NCBI GenBank assembly: GCA_050916045.1 | Contig: CP051526.1 | Location: 320,001 to 384,000 of the forward strand | Source: Tepidisphaera sp. | GTDB lineage: Bacteria; Planctomycetota; Phycisphaerae; Phycisphaerales; UBA1924 | Direction: 5' to 3' | Length of the DNA stretch: 64,000 bases | In this document: piece by piece, positions 17,873 through 26,881 of the stretch | Position numbering within the stretch: the first letter of the stretch is position 1 | Layout of the letters: the number at the start of each line of letters is the position of its first letter | Translations under genes and position numbers: made by a program | Notes under the pieces: generated by a model | Told to the model about the DNA's origin: nothing | The model's database searches: none | What the model saw: only the letters and a program-made list of their open reading frames with translations

Positions 17873-19330
17873 TCAGGGGCAGCCCTCGAAGGAGTAGACG
17901 AAGTCGTCGTAGTCGAAGAAGTCGACGAAGCCGTCGTTGTTGAAGTCGGCATCGAGGCCGTCTGCGCCGCAGCCGTTCTCGAAGCAGGCGACGTAATCGT
18001 CGTAGTCGAAGAAGTCGACGAAGTCGTCGCCGTTGAAGTCGGCCGAGGGGCAGGTGACGTCGGGCGTGCAGATGACGCTGATGACGCCCGGACCGTCGAC
18101 GCCGGCGAGGTACGCGCCGACGGCGATGTAGTACGTCGTCCCGGCGGTGGCGGCGAAGGTCGCACGCGAAGCCAGACCGTTGCCGGCGCAGGCGGGGGTG
18201 CCGTCATCGCTGCAGGTGATCTGGTTGCCGCCGCACGCATCAAACACGGCGACGGCCGTGTCGTAGGTGGTGCCGCAGGTGTTGATCTCGACGGTGCCGG
18301 TGCACTCGGCGATGAAGGTGAACCAGATGTCCTGTTCAACGACGTCGGTCAGGCCGCATTCGGCGACCGCCTGGCCGCTGGTCGTGGAGAGGGTCGTGTC
18401 GTACGGCTGATCGAGGCCGGCGCTGATCGGCAGAGCGCCCGAGCAGTTGTCGTTGGCCGGCGGGGGCGGCGGGGGCGTGACTTCCGAGACGCTGAGCACG
18501 TAGTTGCCCGAGGCGCCGTTGAACCCGGCGAGGCGGACCAGGATCGTTTCGCCCGAGAGCATCGTGCGGCGGATCTCCGAGCGCAGGCCGGAGAAGGTGC
18601 AGCCGAAGTCGGAGTCGTCGTCGCAGAGGATCTCAGCGCCGCCGCAGGTGTCCCAGAAGCTGAGCACGGTGTCGTAGCCGACCGCGTCGCAGGTGCTGAA
18701 CCCGAAGGCGCCGTCCGAGGGAGCCGTGAACGTGAACCAGACGTCCTTGGCGGTGGCGGAGCCGCCGCAGGAGCCCGTCGCGTCGTTGGTGCCGCTCACG
18801 GTCGAACCGGTGTAGGCGCCGCCGACCACCACGGTCGTCGCATCAGCGCAGTTGTCGTTCGCGGGCGGGGGTGGGGGCGGGGTCGGCGCGGTGGCGAGCA
18901 GCGTGTAGGCGCCGGCGCCCGTGTTGTACCCACCGACGCGGACCAGGAGCGTCTCGCCCTCGGCCATCGTGCGGGTGATCGAGGACTGCAGGCCGCAGCT
19001 GTCGTCGTTGCAGACCACCGGCGTCAGCGAGCCGTCCGGACAGCCCGTCCAGAGCGACAGCGAGGTGTCAAAGCTCGAGCCGCAGAGGGAGATCACGTGC
19101 GCGCCGGCGACGGTCGCGGTGTAGCTGTACCACTCGTCGTTGCCGGTTTCGCTCGTGCCCGCGCAGTGCGAGGCGGGGATGCCCGTCGACGGCGTCGCGG
19201 CCGTCGTGTTGCCCGTCGCGGCGGTGCCGGCGAGCAGGGGGGTTGCGGTCGAGCAGTCATCGCTCGCAGAAACCGTACCGGCCATGCCCGCGGCAGCGAA
19301 CAAAGCCATAGCCAAACGTTCAAAACGCAT
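17873..19330 (-). CDS. Secreted protein, three Cys-containing beta-sandwich repeats + dockerin-like tag
   Basis: ATG 19330 with SD GGAGGT; signal peptide; 3x (N)DxCxxA...DxWFxFxA...CxDD; poly-Pro linkers; ends FEGCP. Confidence 0.88.
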   Translation of the reverse strand: MRFERLAMALFAAAGMAGTVSASDDCSTATPLLAGTAATGNTTAATPSTGIPASHCAGTSETGNDEWYSYTATVAGAHVISLCGSSFDTSLSLWTGCPDGSLTPVVCNDDSCGLQSSITRTMAEGETLLVRVGGYNTGAGAYTLLATAPTPPPPPPANDNCADATTVVVGGAYTGSTVSGTNDATGSCGGSATAKDVWFTFTAPSDGAFGFSTCDAVGYDTVLSFWDTCGGAEILCDDDSDFGCTFSGLRSEIRRTMLSGETILVRLAGFNGASGNYVLSVSEVTPPPPPPANDNCSGALPISAGLDQPYDTTLSTTSGQAVAECGLTDVVEQDIWFTFIAECTGTVEINTCGTTYDTAVAVFDACGGNQITCSDDGTPACAGNGLASRATFAATAGTTYYIAVGAYLAGVDGPGVISVICTPDVTCPSADFNGDDFVDFFDYDDYVACFENGCGADGLDADFNNDGFVDFFDYDDFVYSFEGCP

Positions 19331-19441
19331 TGTGACCTCCATCGAAGTTACCCCGGGCAGGCCGGGGCGCGAGGCTTTCCTCGCATCTCTTCCAGTTCCC
19401 ACGATCCGCCCACTCGACGCATGAGTTGGGCACGTGGTCCC

Positions 19442-19470
19442 AATTTACCAAGGCCTGAACACAACTTCAA
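19442..19470 (-). promoter_or_regulatory. Putative sigma70 promoter
   Basis: TTGAAG-N17-TAAATT about 110 bp upstream of ATG 19330. Confidence 0.5.
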
Positions 19471-19592
19471 TGGAAATGGTGTGGGGTCCCACAGAATTGT
19501 CACGGGAGCGGGCACGATGGCCGTTTCGGAGGCGGGCTCGAAGAGAAAATGCCAGTAAAAACACTGGGTCTGAGCCGGCGGGTGTGGGCAAG

Positions 19593-19623
19593 AAAAAACC
19601 GCCGGGCGGTGAAGCCCGGCGGT
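19593..19623 (-). terminator. Rho-independent terminator
   Basis: Stem accgccgggc / gcccggcggt followed by a T run on the minus strand. Confidence 0.85.
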
Positions 19624-19666
19624 CGGAGTTTCTCGCGTTCACAGGGTCAGAGACCCTGAACGAGAC

Positions 19667-21181
19667 TTACTGGGGGCAGCCTTCGAAGGCGTAGACGAAG
19701 TCATCGTAGTCGAAGAAGTCGACGAACTCGTCGCCGTTGAAGTCGGCGCTCTGGCCGGGGGCGCAGTTGCCCTCGAAGCAGGCGACGAAGTCATCGTAAT
19801 CGAAGAAGTCGACGAAGTTGTCGCCGTTGAAGTCGGCCGAGGGGCACGACGCGGGCTCGCCGATCGTCAGGAGGTAGTTGTTGTTGCCGCCGCAATCGAG
19901 GCCGGAGAAGCCGTCGAGGCCGGCGAAGATGCGGTAGGTGCCGGCGGGGAGGTCAGCGGAGACCGTGACTTCCGAGCAGGAACCGGCCGAGGCGCCGGTC
20001 GTGATGACCGTCACGCCCGGGCAGACGTTGTCGAGGATGAAGAGGCGGAGGTTGAAGTCGGCCTGGCCGGTGACGGTCAGGAGGCCGCCCTCGTGGTTGA
20101 TCTCGTACCAGTCGGTGTCACGCGTCTCGAAGCCGGTGTCGGAATCGAAGAACGTGGAGGCCGTGCCCCAGATGTAGCTGTTGTTGGAGACCTGCTCGAC
20201 GGGGAAGCCGTCGATGTTGCAGCCGCCGTTGGTGTCGACGGTGGCGTCGGTCTGGCATTCTTCCTGCTCATCGACCGCCGTACCCGGGCGAACGAGCTCG
20301 CAGGGGGGGAGGAAGGTGACGCGGATCTGGCCGGGGCCGGACGCGCCGTTGAAGCCGGAAACCGCGATCAGGGTCTCGGCGCCAGCGGCGACGGGAATCG
20401 CGATCTGGCTCTGGAGGCCGCAGGTGTCGTCGTTGCAGACGATCTGGGCGCCGCCGCAGCCGTCGAAGGCGGCGAGAACCGTGTCATGGCCGGCAAGGTC
20501 GCAGGTCGTGACGACCAGCGTGCCCGCGGACTCGGCGACGTGCTTGAACCACACGTCGGGCGAACCAGCGGCCAGGCCGCAGGAGGGGGCGCCGTCCGGG
20601 GTCGCGTTGCTGGTGTCGAAGTCGTAGAGGCCGTCGGTCACGACGGTCGCGTCAACGCAGTTGTCGTTGCCGCCGCCGCCGCCGCCGCCGGACTGGGCGA
20701 CGGAGACCTGGCCGGTGATGAGGCCGCCGTTGTAGCCGGCGATGCGGATGAGGTAGTTACCGCCGGTCACGCCAGCGAAGGAGACCTGCGTCTGAAGGCC
20801 GCAGAAGTCGTCGAGGCAGAGAATCTGCGTGCCGCCGCAGCCGTCGAGCACCGTCAGGGTGGTGTCGCCGCCCGAGAGGTTGCAGGTGGAGACGGTCACG
20901 AGACCGTCCTGAGCGGCGGTGAACTTGAGCCACTGGTCAGCGGCGGTCTCCGTGAAACCGCAGGTGCCGGTGTAATCGTTCGAAGCGGCGGTCAGGTCGA
21001 AGGAGTAGGTGCCAACGCCGACGGAAGCGGCATCGCCGCAGTTGTCGACGAAGCCGACGCCTTCGGTGCCGCCGGGCTGCTTGGCCGGGGCGCGGTTGGA
21101 CGTGCTCAGAACCTGGGCCGAGGCAACGCTCGCCAGGCAACAAACGGTACCCGCGAGGGTAAACAGAACGGACGTCTTCAT
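19667..21181 (-). CDS. Secreted paralog with the same Cys-containing repeats + dockerin-like tag
   Basis: ATG 21181, SD AGGAG; DNCGDAA and NDNCVDAT repeats, CNDDTCGLQSQI, poly-Gly linker, third divergent domain DTDWYEI; ends FEGCPQ. Confidence 0.88.
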   Translation of the reverse strand: MKTSVLFTLAGTVCCLASVASAQVLSTSNRAPAKQPGGTEGVGFVDNCGDAASVGVGTYSFDLTAASNDYTGTCGFTETAADQWLKFTAAQDGLVTVSTCNLSGGDTTLTVLDGCGGTQILCLDDFCGLQTQVSFAGVTGGNYLIRIAGYNGGLITGQVSVAQSGGGGGGGNDNCVDATVVTDGLYDFDTSNATPDGAPSCGLAAGSPDVWFKHVAESAGTLVVTTCDLAGHDTVLAAFDGCGGAQIVCNDDTCGLQSQIAIPVAAGAETLIAVSGFNGASGPGQIRVTFLPPCELVRPGTAVDEQEECQTDATVDTNGGCNIDGFPVEQVSNNSYIWGTASTFFDSDTGFETRDTDWYEINHEGGLLTVTGQADFNLRLFILDNVCPGVTVITTGASAGSCSEVTVSADLPAGTYRIFAGLDGFSGLDCGGNNNYLLTIGEPASCPSADFNGDNFVDFFDYDDFVACFEGNCAPGQSADFNGDEFVDFFDYDDFVYAFEGCPQ

Positions 21182-21353
21182 TTTGAGTCTCCTAGGGACA
21201 ACACGAACGGACAACAACACCCGCCCATGAACCCTCACGGAGCATGGACAGGCCAACACGACTTGTGGGCGAGGAGGCGGCCCTCCCGCGAAAACACAAC
21301 GAGCGCGGCCGAAGCTGCGCCCAGCCCGGCAGTGCGCAGGGCTGGACGGGGGG

Positions 21354-21402
21354 AATGTATCTCATTTTCATCGGACCTGCAAGGAATTTCCCCCGGAATT
21401 TC
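21354..21402 (-). promoter_or_regulatory. Putative sigma70 promoter with upstream direct repeat
   Basis: TTGCAG-N17-TACATT; GAAATTCC twice (12-bp period) abutting the -35. Confidence 0.5.
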
Positions 21403-21479
21403 AAAAAGATCGGATCCTTCCGACCTGTCTCCGAATGGGAGCCACCCCTCTGGCGGGGGCTGCCTCACGATCTGGGAAG

Positions 21480-21509
21480 ACACCGTCCGAGATCTCTCTC
21501 GGACGGTGT
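21480..21509 (-). terminator. Stem-loop downstream of the 21577..23871 gene
   Basis: 13-bp stem acaccgtccgaga / tctcggacggtgt; weak U tract. Confidence 0.6.
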
Positions 21510-21576
21510 GGTGATATTGTGGTTTCACAGGACTGGAGCCAAGGGACCATCGTCTCTTGCCGCCAGACCGGGGTGA

Positions 21577-23871
21577 TTAGCAGCCGGTTTCGAAGTTGAA
21601 GACGAAGTCGTCGTAGTCGAAGAAGTCGACGAAGTCATCGCCGTTGAAGTCGGCGGTCTTGCCGGGCGGGCAGGTGCCCGTCTCGAAGCAGTTGACGTAA
21701 TCGTCGTAGTCGAAGAAGTCGAGGAAGCCGTCGCCGTTGAAGTCCGCCGGGCAGGTGGGCACTTCCGGAGCGTCCATGTTGCCGATGTAGAGCAGGACGT
21801 TGTACTGCTCATCGAGGCTGCCGGGGTTGCTCGCGGGGTTCTGGTAGTCGCTGTCCCGGTCGACGTCGTAGACGATGCTGGCGGTGAGGACCAGGCCGCC
21901 GAGAGCCTTGGGGTCCTGGGAGTCGATCGAGGTCGGATCGGTGTTGTTCCAGCCGTAGGAAGCGCCGTTGTTGGACCAGAGCGTGCCGGGGGACATGCGG
22001 TTGGTGCTGGTGGCGATGTTCAGGAACTGAACCTGGTAGCGGACGCCGGAGTTCTGGCCCAGGAAGGTGTCGCCGAGCTCCATGAGGAGTTCGAGGCGGT
22101 AGCAGAAGTTCTGACGGTCGTAGACGGCGCGGAGCAGGGCCGAGTCGGTGTCGATGAAGCCGTTGGCTTTCTTGAGGCGGACGGCGGAGATGAAGTAAAT
22201 GTTGCCGGCGGAGTCAAAGGTGGGAGCGGAGATGGAGGGGCCGAGGATCGAGCCGTTGACCTCGAAGATCGCGGTCATATGGCCGATGGGCGCGTCGTAG
22301 GTGGGCGAAAGCGGGTTGAGGTCAAGGACATCGTCGAATTCGCCGGGGTCGTTGGTGAAGGGGGCGCCGTCGTTGCCGTTGTCGCCGTAGATGGCTTTGC
22401 CCGCGGAATCGGTGAACGCACCGGCCGGGTTGGTCCAGGCGGCGACGATCCAAGACCCGGTGTTGGGCTGGTTGGGGTTGAAGCGGTAGACGGCGATGGC
22501 GTTGTGCGGGCTTTCCTCGTTGGGCAGGCCACCGGAGTTGACGGACTGAACGCCGGAGACTTCGGCGGCGAGGAGGCCGTTGCCGGCCTGATCGAGGCCC
22601 ATGCTCACCTGGCCGTTGCCGCCGCGAGCGGCGACCGCGCCGGCGTAGTGGCGGAAGTCACCGGTGCCCAGATCCCAGGCGTAGGGGGCTTCGGGGGTGG
22701 GGTCGGCGAGGGTCGCGCCGGTGCCGCGGGGGAGGCCGACGGTGAAGGCGCTGAGGGGGGCGCCGTTGCTGGCGAGGCCCCAGACGGAGATGCTCTCGGA
22801 AGGCTGGCCGCCGCCGGAGTTGGCTTTGGTGATCATCGCGCCGGTGCCGACGGTGTTGGAGCCGCGGAGGCGGAGGGCGGAGTAGGCGACGCCGCCGCGG
22901 TGGTCGGCGGTGCCCGGGCGGTGAGCCGTGGTGGCCGTGACCGAGAGCGGGCTGGCTTCGTGGACGTAGTTGGTGGCGAAGTTGCTGCCGAGGGTCGTGC
23001 CGCGCGGGTCGGCCGAGCGGTCGGAGGGGATCATGTTCGGCGTGTTGTGGGTCGTGCCGCTGCGGACGACGACCCAGTCGGTCGAGGCGGCGTCGGCGGC
23101 GCCGTTGTTGTCGATCTGGTTGATCACCGAAGCGTTGCGGGCGGCGAAGGCGCCGGTCGTGAGCGAGCGGACGCGGAAGTAGTTGTTGCCCTGAAGCGAG
23201 GGAGTGCCGGTGGACTGGAAGTTGTCGGCGCGGAAGGTCACGTTGCCGCGGGAGTCGACGGCGCCCAGGCCGAACTGGCTGGTGTCACCGCCGGAGCCGT
23301 TGGGGAGGTTCACCGCGGCCTGCGTGCGGAGCACGTAGAGACGCGAGGGGTCGGCCGGGTCGAAGTTGACGACCGTGCTCACGATGCCGTTGTAGCTGCG
23401 GCCCGCGACGTCGGTGGCGAACTCGGAGATCGCGGCGCCGAACTGCGAGAAGCTCGCGCCCGACGGGGAGATCAGGGTGCCGCCGGAGTTGTTGACGGGG
23501 TGCGCGCCCGCGCCGGCGGTGTCTTCCCACACGCGGTACTGGCTGGCGGCCGGGGACTGGTTCTGCAGCAGGGTCTGGCTCAGCGTCTGGGTGCTGCCCA
23601 GAGCGTTGAAGACGGGGAAGCCGCCCGCGCGGAAATTCTGGTCGTAGGAGGAAGTCTTGGCGATGGGAGCGATGCCGAAACGCGTGCCCCAAGAGCCGAA
23701 CAGGCGGGTCATGTCGACCACGTACGCGGCGCGCTGATAGCCCGCGGCGGTGCTGCTGGCTTCGAGCGCATCGCCCGGAATGCCGGCGTTGACCGACACG
23801 CTGTCCTGGGCGAGGGCCGAAGCCGCCGTCCCCGCCACCACCGCCATCGAGAGCAGACCAAACTTCTTCAT
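21577..23871 (-). CDS. Large secreted protein of unknown function + dockerin-like tag
   Basis: Signal peptide MKKFGLLSMAVVAGTAASALA; beta-rich body; CPADFNGDGFLDFFDYDDYV...FETGC. Confidence 0.88.
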   Translation of the reverse strand: MKKFGLLSMAVVAGTAASALAQDSVSVNAGIPGDALEASSTAAGYQRAAYVVDMTRLFGSWGTRFGIAPIAKTSSYDQNFRAGGFPVFNALGSTQTLSQTLLQNQSPAASQYRVWEDTAGAGAHPVNNSGGTLISPSGASFSQFGAAISEFATDVAGRSYNGIVSTVVNFDPADPSRLYVLRTQAAVNLPNGSGGDTSQFGLGAVDSRGNVTFRADNFQSTGTPSLQGNNYFRVRSLTTGAFAARNASVINQIDNNGAADAASTDWVVVRSGTTHNTPNMIPSDRSADPRGTTLGSNFATNYVHEASPLSVTATTAHRPGTADHRGGVAYSALRLRGSNTVGTGAMITKANSGGGQPSESISVWGLASNGAPLSAFTVGLPRGTGATLADPTPEAPYAWDLGTGDFRHYAGAVAARGGNGQVSMGLDQAGNGLLAAEVSGVQSVNSGGLPNEESPHNAIAVYRFNPNQPNTGSWIVAAWTNPAGAFTDSAGKAIYGDNGNDGAPFTNDPGEFDDVLDLNPLSPTYDAPIGHMTAIFEVNGSILGPSISAPTFDSAGNIYFISAVRLKKANGFIDTDSALLRAVYDRQNFCYRLELLMELGDTFLGQNSGVRYQVQFLNIATSTNRMSPGTLWSNNGASYGWNNTDPTSIDSQDPKALGGLVLTASIVYDVDRDSDYQNPASNPGSLDEQYNVLLYIGNMDAPEVPTCPADFNGDGFLDFFDYDDYVNCFETGTCPPGKTADFNGDDFVDFFDYDDFVFNFETGC

Positions 23872-24197
23872 AAGGATCCTTTCTGAAAGACCACCGTTTC
23901 GCCGATCGTCACCGTCTCACGAGACTCACCACGTCGGGAACCGCTTGAGGCGTCCCGCTGGTGTCGCTGATTGGATTTTTCGAACCTCTCTTCAGACCTC
24001 GGGCCGGGCGTCATCCGGCGACGCTAAACCCATTGGGCGCACAGTGTTGCGCTCGCTGGGTGGCGATCCTAGCCGGGGGTGACGGGCAAGACCAAGAGCG
24101 ACCGGTGAGGTGGGCGCAAGTTTCTTGGGTTCCTCGCGCTGAGGCCGGGGTTTGCTTGGGCTATCTCCCCCGAAATCGGAGTCCGGGCGAGAGGGGG

Positions 24198-25061
24198 TCA
24201 CATGGCGGCGGCGATCTGGGCGGCCAGGAGGGCGTTGGACCGGACGAGGGCGAGGTTGGCTTTGAGGGTGGCACCGTTGGAGACCTGGTGGAGGTGGCCG
24301 AGGATGGCCGGGGTGACGTCCCGTCCGCCGGAGCCGGCGGCGCGGGTTCCGGCTTCGGCGAGCCATCGCTCCCAGTCGGCGTGGTTGATCTCGTCGGCGG
24401 CGGGGATGGGGTTGCAGATGAGCACGGCCCGGCCGGTCCGGCGCATCTCGGCGGCGGCGTAACGGGCGAGGTCGGCGGTGTCGTCGAAACGGGCGTCGAC
24501 GGAAGCGCCCGAATCGCGGAGGTAGAACGCGGGGAACTTGTCCGTGCGGAAGCCGACGACGGGGACGCCCAGAGTCTCGAGGCTTTCGCGCGTCGCGGGT
24601 ACGTCCAAGAGCGACTTCACGCCGCTACAGACGACGGCGACGGGGAAGCGTGTGAGCGCGGCGAGGTCGGCGGAGATGTCCAGGGAGGCGGCAAAGCCCT
24701 TGTGAACGCCGCCTAGGCCGCCGGTGGCGAAGATCCGGATGCCGGCGGCGGCGGCGAGTTCCATCGTGGTTGAGACGGTCGTGGCGGCGTGCTCGCGGCG
24801 GTGGATGGCAACTCCGAGGGTTGAGGTGTTGACCTTCGTGACTTTGGGAGCGGCGAGGAGCGTCGCCAGTTCGTCCTGATTCATGCCGACGGTGGGGACG
24901 CCGTGGACGACGCCGACGAGTGCGGGGTGGGCTCCCTGTTGTCGGATGATGGCGTTGAGGTCCTCGGCGAGCCGGAGCGACTCTGATTTCGGGACGCCGT
25001 GGAGGAGGAGGGTGGTTTCGAGCGCGACGGCGGGCTGGATGACGCGGGCGTTGACGTGCAT
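24198..25061 (-). CDS. psuG: Pseudouridine-5'-phosphate glycosidase
   Basis: VALETTLLLHG, ATTVSTT, FATGGLGGVH, DISADL, GVKSLLD, FPAFY, GRDVTP. Confidence 0.95.
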   Translation of the reverse strand: MHVNARVIQPAVALETTLLLHGVPKSESLRLAEDLNAIIRQQGAHPALVGVVHGVPTVGMNQDELATLLAAPKVTKVNTSTLGVAIHRREHAATTVSTTMELAAAAGIRIFATGGLGGVHKGFAASLDISADLAALTRFPVAVVCSGVKSLLDVPATRESLETLGVPVVGFRTDKFPAFYLRDSGASVDARFDDTADLARYAAAEMRRTGRAVLICNPIPAADEINHADWERWLAEAGTRAAGSGGRDVTPAILGHLHQVSNGATLKANLALVRSNALLAAQIAAAM

Positions 25062-25123
25062 CGGGTATTCTCCGCGGGGGAGCGGGCACTTGGGATCAGG
25101 CACCTGGAGTCAGGGTTTCGTGC

Positions 25124-26881
25124 ATGAGTTTACTCGCGTTGGCGGCGATCACGGTCGTGGTGCTCACCTTGGGGTATCTGGGGTACGGGACGTTCATCGC
25201 GCGGCAGTATCGGCAGGGTGCGGAAGCACCAACGCCGGCGACACTGAAGAACGACGGGATCGACTTTGTGCCGACGCGGCCGTTTTATCTGATGGGGCAG
25301 CATTTTTCGGCGATCGCGGCGGCGGGCCCGATCGTGGGGCCGATCCTGGCGTGTCAGCAGTTCGGGTGGCTGCCGTGCGTGCTTTGGATCTTGATCGGCG
25401 TGGTGTTCATCGGGGCGGTGCATGATTTCACGTCGCTGATCGCGAGCGTGCGGCACGGGGCTCACGGGATCGCGGAGATCGCGCGGAGGAACCTCGGGCA
25501 CAAAGCGTTCGTCGCGTTGACGCTTTTCATCTGGGTCGCGCTGCTTTATGTGATCGTGGCCTTCACGGACGCGACAACGGCGACGTTTGTGGGGACGGAT
25601 CCGGATCTTGTGGCGTTGGCCGGGGCGGAGTTCAACCGGGGCGGGGCGGTGGCGGCGGCGAGCGCGATGTATCTGCTTTTGGCGCTGGTGATGGGGGTGG
25701 TGGAGCGGTATCTCAAGCCCCCGATGTGGCTGAGCACGCTGATTTTCGTGCCGGGGACTCTGGGTGTGGTGTGGCTTGGCACGAAGGTTTCGACGGTGCT
25801 GGTGCTTCCGGCGACGTCGTGGTACTGGATCATTCTGGGATATTGCTTGGTGGCTTCGATGCTTCCGGTGTGGCTGCTTCAGCAGTCGCGGGGGTATCTG
25901 GGCGGGTTTGTGCTTTATCTTGCGATCGGGCTCGGGGTGGTCGGGCTGGTCTTCGGGGGGTACACGATCGAGCAGCCGATGGTGTCGGAGAAGGCGCAGG
26001 GGCTGGGGGGGCTGGTGTCGCTTTTCACGGGCGGGGGAGAAGCGGGGGCGCCCGCGCTGGGGACGGTGGTGTTCCCGTTTCTGTTCGTGACGATCGCGTG
26101 CGGGGCGTGCTCGGGCTTCCACGGGCTGGTGTGCGGGACGACGAGCAAGCAGGTGGCGAAGGAGTCGCACTGCAAGCCTGTGGCGTTTGGAGCGATGCTT
26201 CTGGAGGGGTTTGTGGCGATCATCGCGCTGGCCACGATCATGATCGCGGTGCCGGCGGACGTGAAGGGGAAAGCTCCGGGAGCGATCTATGGCGAGGGGA
26301 TCGCGAAGTTCATGACGTTGATCCTCGGGGACGGGGCGCTGGTGTTCGCGAAGACGTTTGGAACGATGGCGGTGGCGACGTTCGTGTTTGACACGCTTGA
26401 TGTGGCGACGCGGCTGGGGCGGTACTTGCTTCAGGAGTTGTTTGGCGTGAAGGGTCGGTGGTTCGGGCTGTTTGCGGCGGCGGTGACGGTGGGGATTCCG
26501 CTCGGGATTCTGCTGGCGGCGGAGCCGAAGAGCTACCTGTTGTTCTGGACGCTTTTCGGGACGTCGAACCAGCTCCTGGCGAGCCTGACGCTTTTGGGCG
26601 TGACGGTGTGGCTTGCGCGGGAGGGGAAGCGGTACTGGTACACGCTGGTGCCGATGCTCTTTGTGATGGGGATCACGCTGACGGCGCTGTCGGTGCAGAT
26701 CGCGGTGGGTGCTCGTGCGGCGTGGAAAGCGGATTCGTGGAGCGGGTTGATGAAAGCGGAAGTGCTGAACGCGGGTGTGGGCGTGGTGCTTCTGTCGCTT
26801 GCGGTGATGTTTATCGTTCAGGCGGTGCGTGCGTTCAAGCGGCCCGCGGGTGAGGACAATCGGGAAGGATCTGTCGCGTGA
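25124..26881 (+). CDS. cstA: Carbon starvation protein A (peptide/pyruvate transporter)
   Basis: DGIDFVP, HFSAIAAAGPIVGP, GAVHDF, TIACGACSGFH, FGTSNQLL. Confidence 0.95.
   Translation: MSLLALAAITVVVLTLGYLGYGTFIARQYRQGAEAPTPATLKNDGIDFVPTRPFYLMGQHFSAIAAAGPIVGPILACQQFGWLPCVLWILIGVVFIGAVHDFTSLIASVRHGAHGIAEIARRNLGHKAFVALTLFIWVALLYVIVAFTDATTATFVGTDPDLVALAGAEFNRGGAVAAASAMYLLLALVMGVVERYLKPPMWLSTLIFVPGTLGVVWLGTKVSTVLVLPATSWYWIILGYCLVASMLPVWLLQQSRGYLGGFVLYLAIGLGVVGLVFGGYTIEQPMVSEKAQGLGGLVSLFTGGGEAGAPALGTVVFPFLFVTIACGACSGFHGLVCGTTSKQVAKESHCKPVAFGAMLLEGFVAIIALATIMIAVPADVKGKAPGAIYGEGIAKFMTLILGDGALVFAKTFGTMAVATFVFDTLDVATRLGRYLLQELFGVKGRWFGLFAAAVTVGIPLGILLAAEPKSYLLFWTLFGTSNQLLASLTLLGVTVWLAREGKRYWYTLVPMLFVMGITLTALSVQIAVGARAAWKADSWSGLMKAEVLNAGVGVVLLSLAVMFIVQAVRAFKRPAGEDNREGSVA

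Noticed and set aside
16092..21760. Repeated gaagtcgtcgtagtcgaagaagtcg as CRISPR repeats or DGR template/variable repeats
   Set aside because: All copies are in-frame parts of the dockerin-like tag. There is no reverse transcriptase in the window and no adenine-specific pattern was evident.
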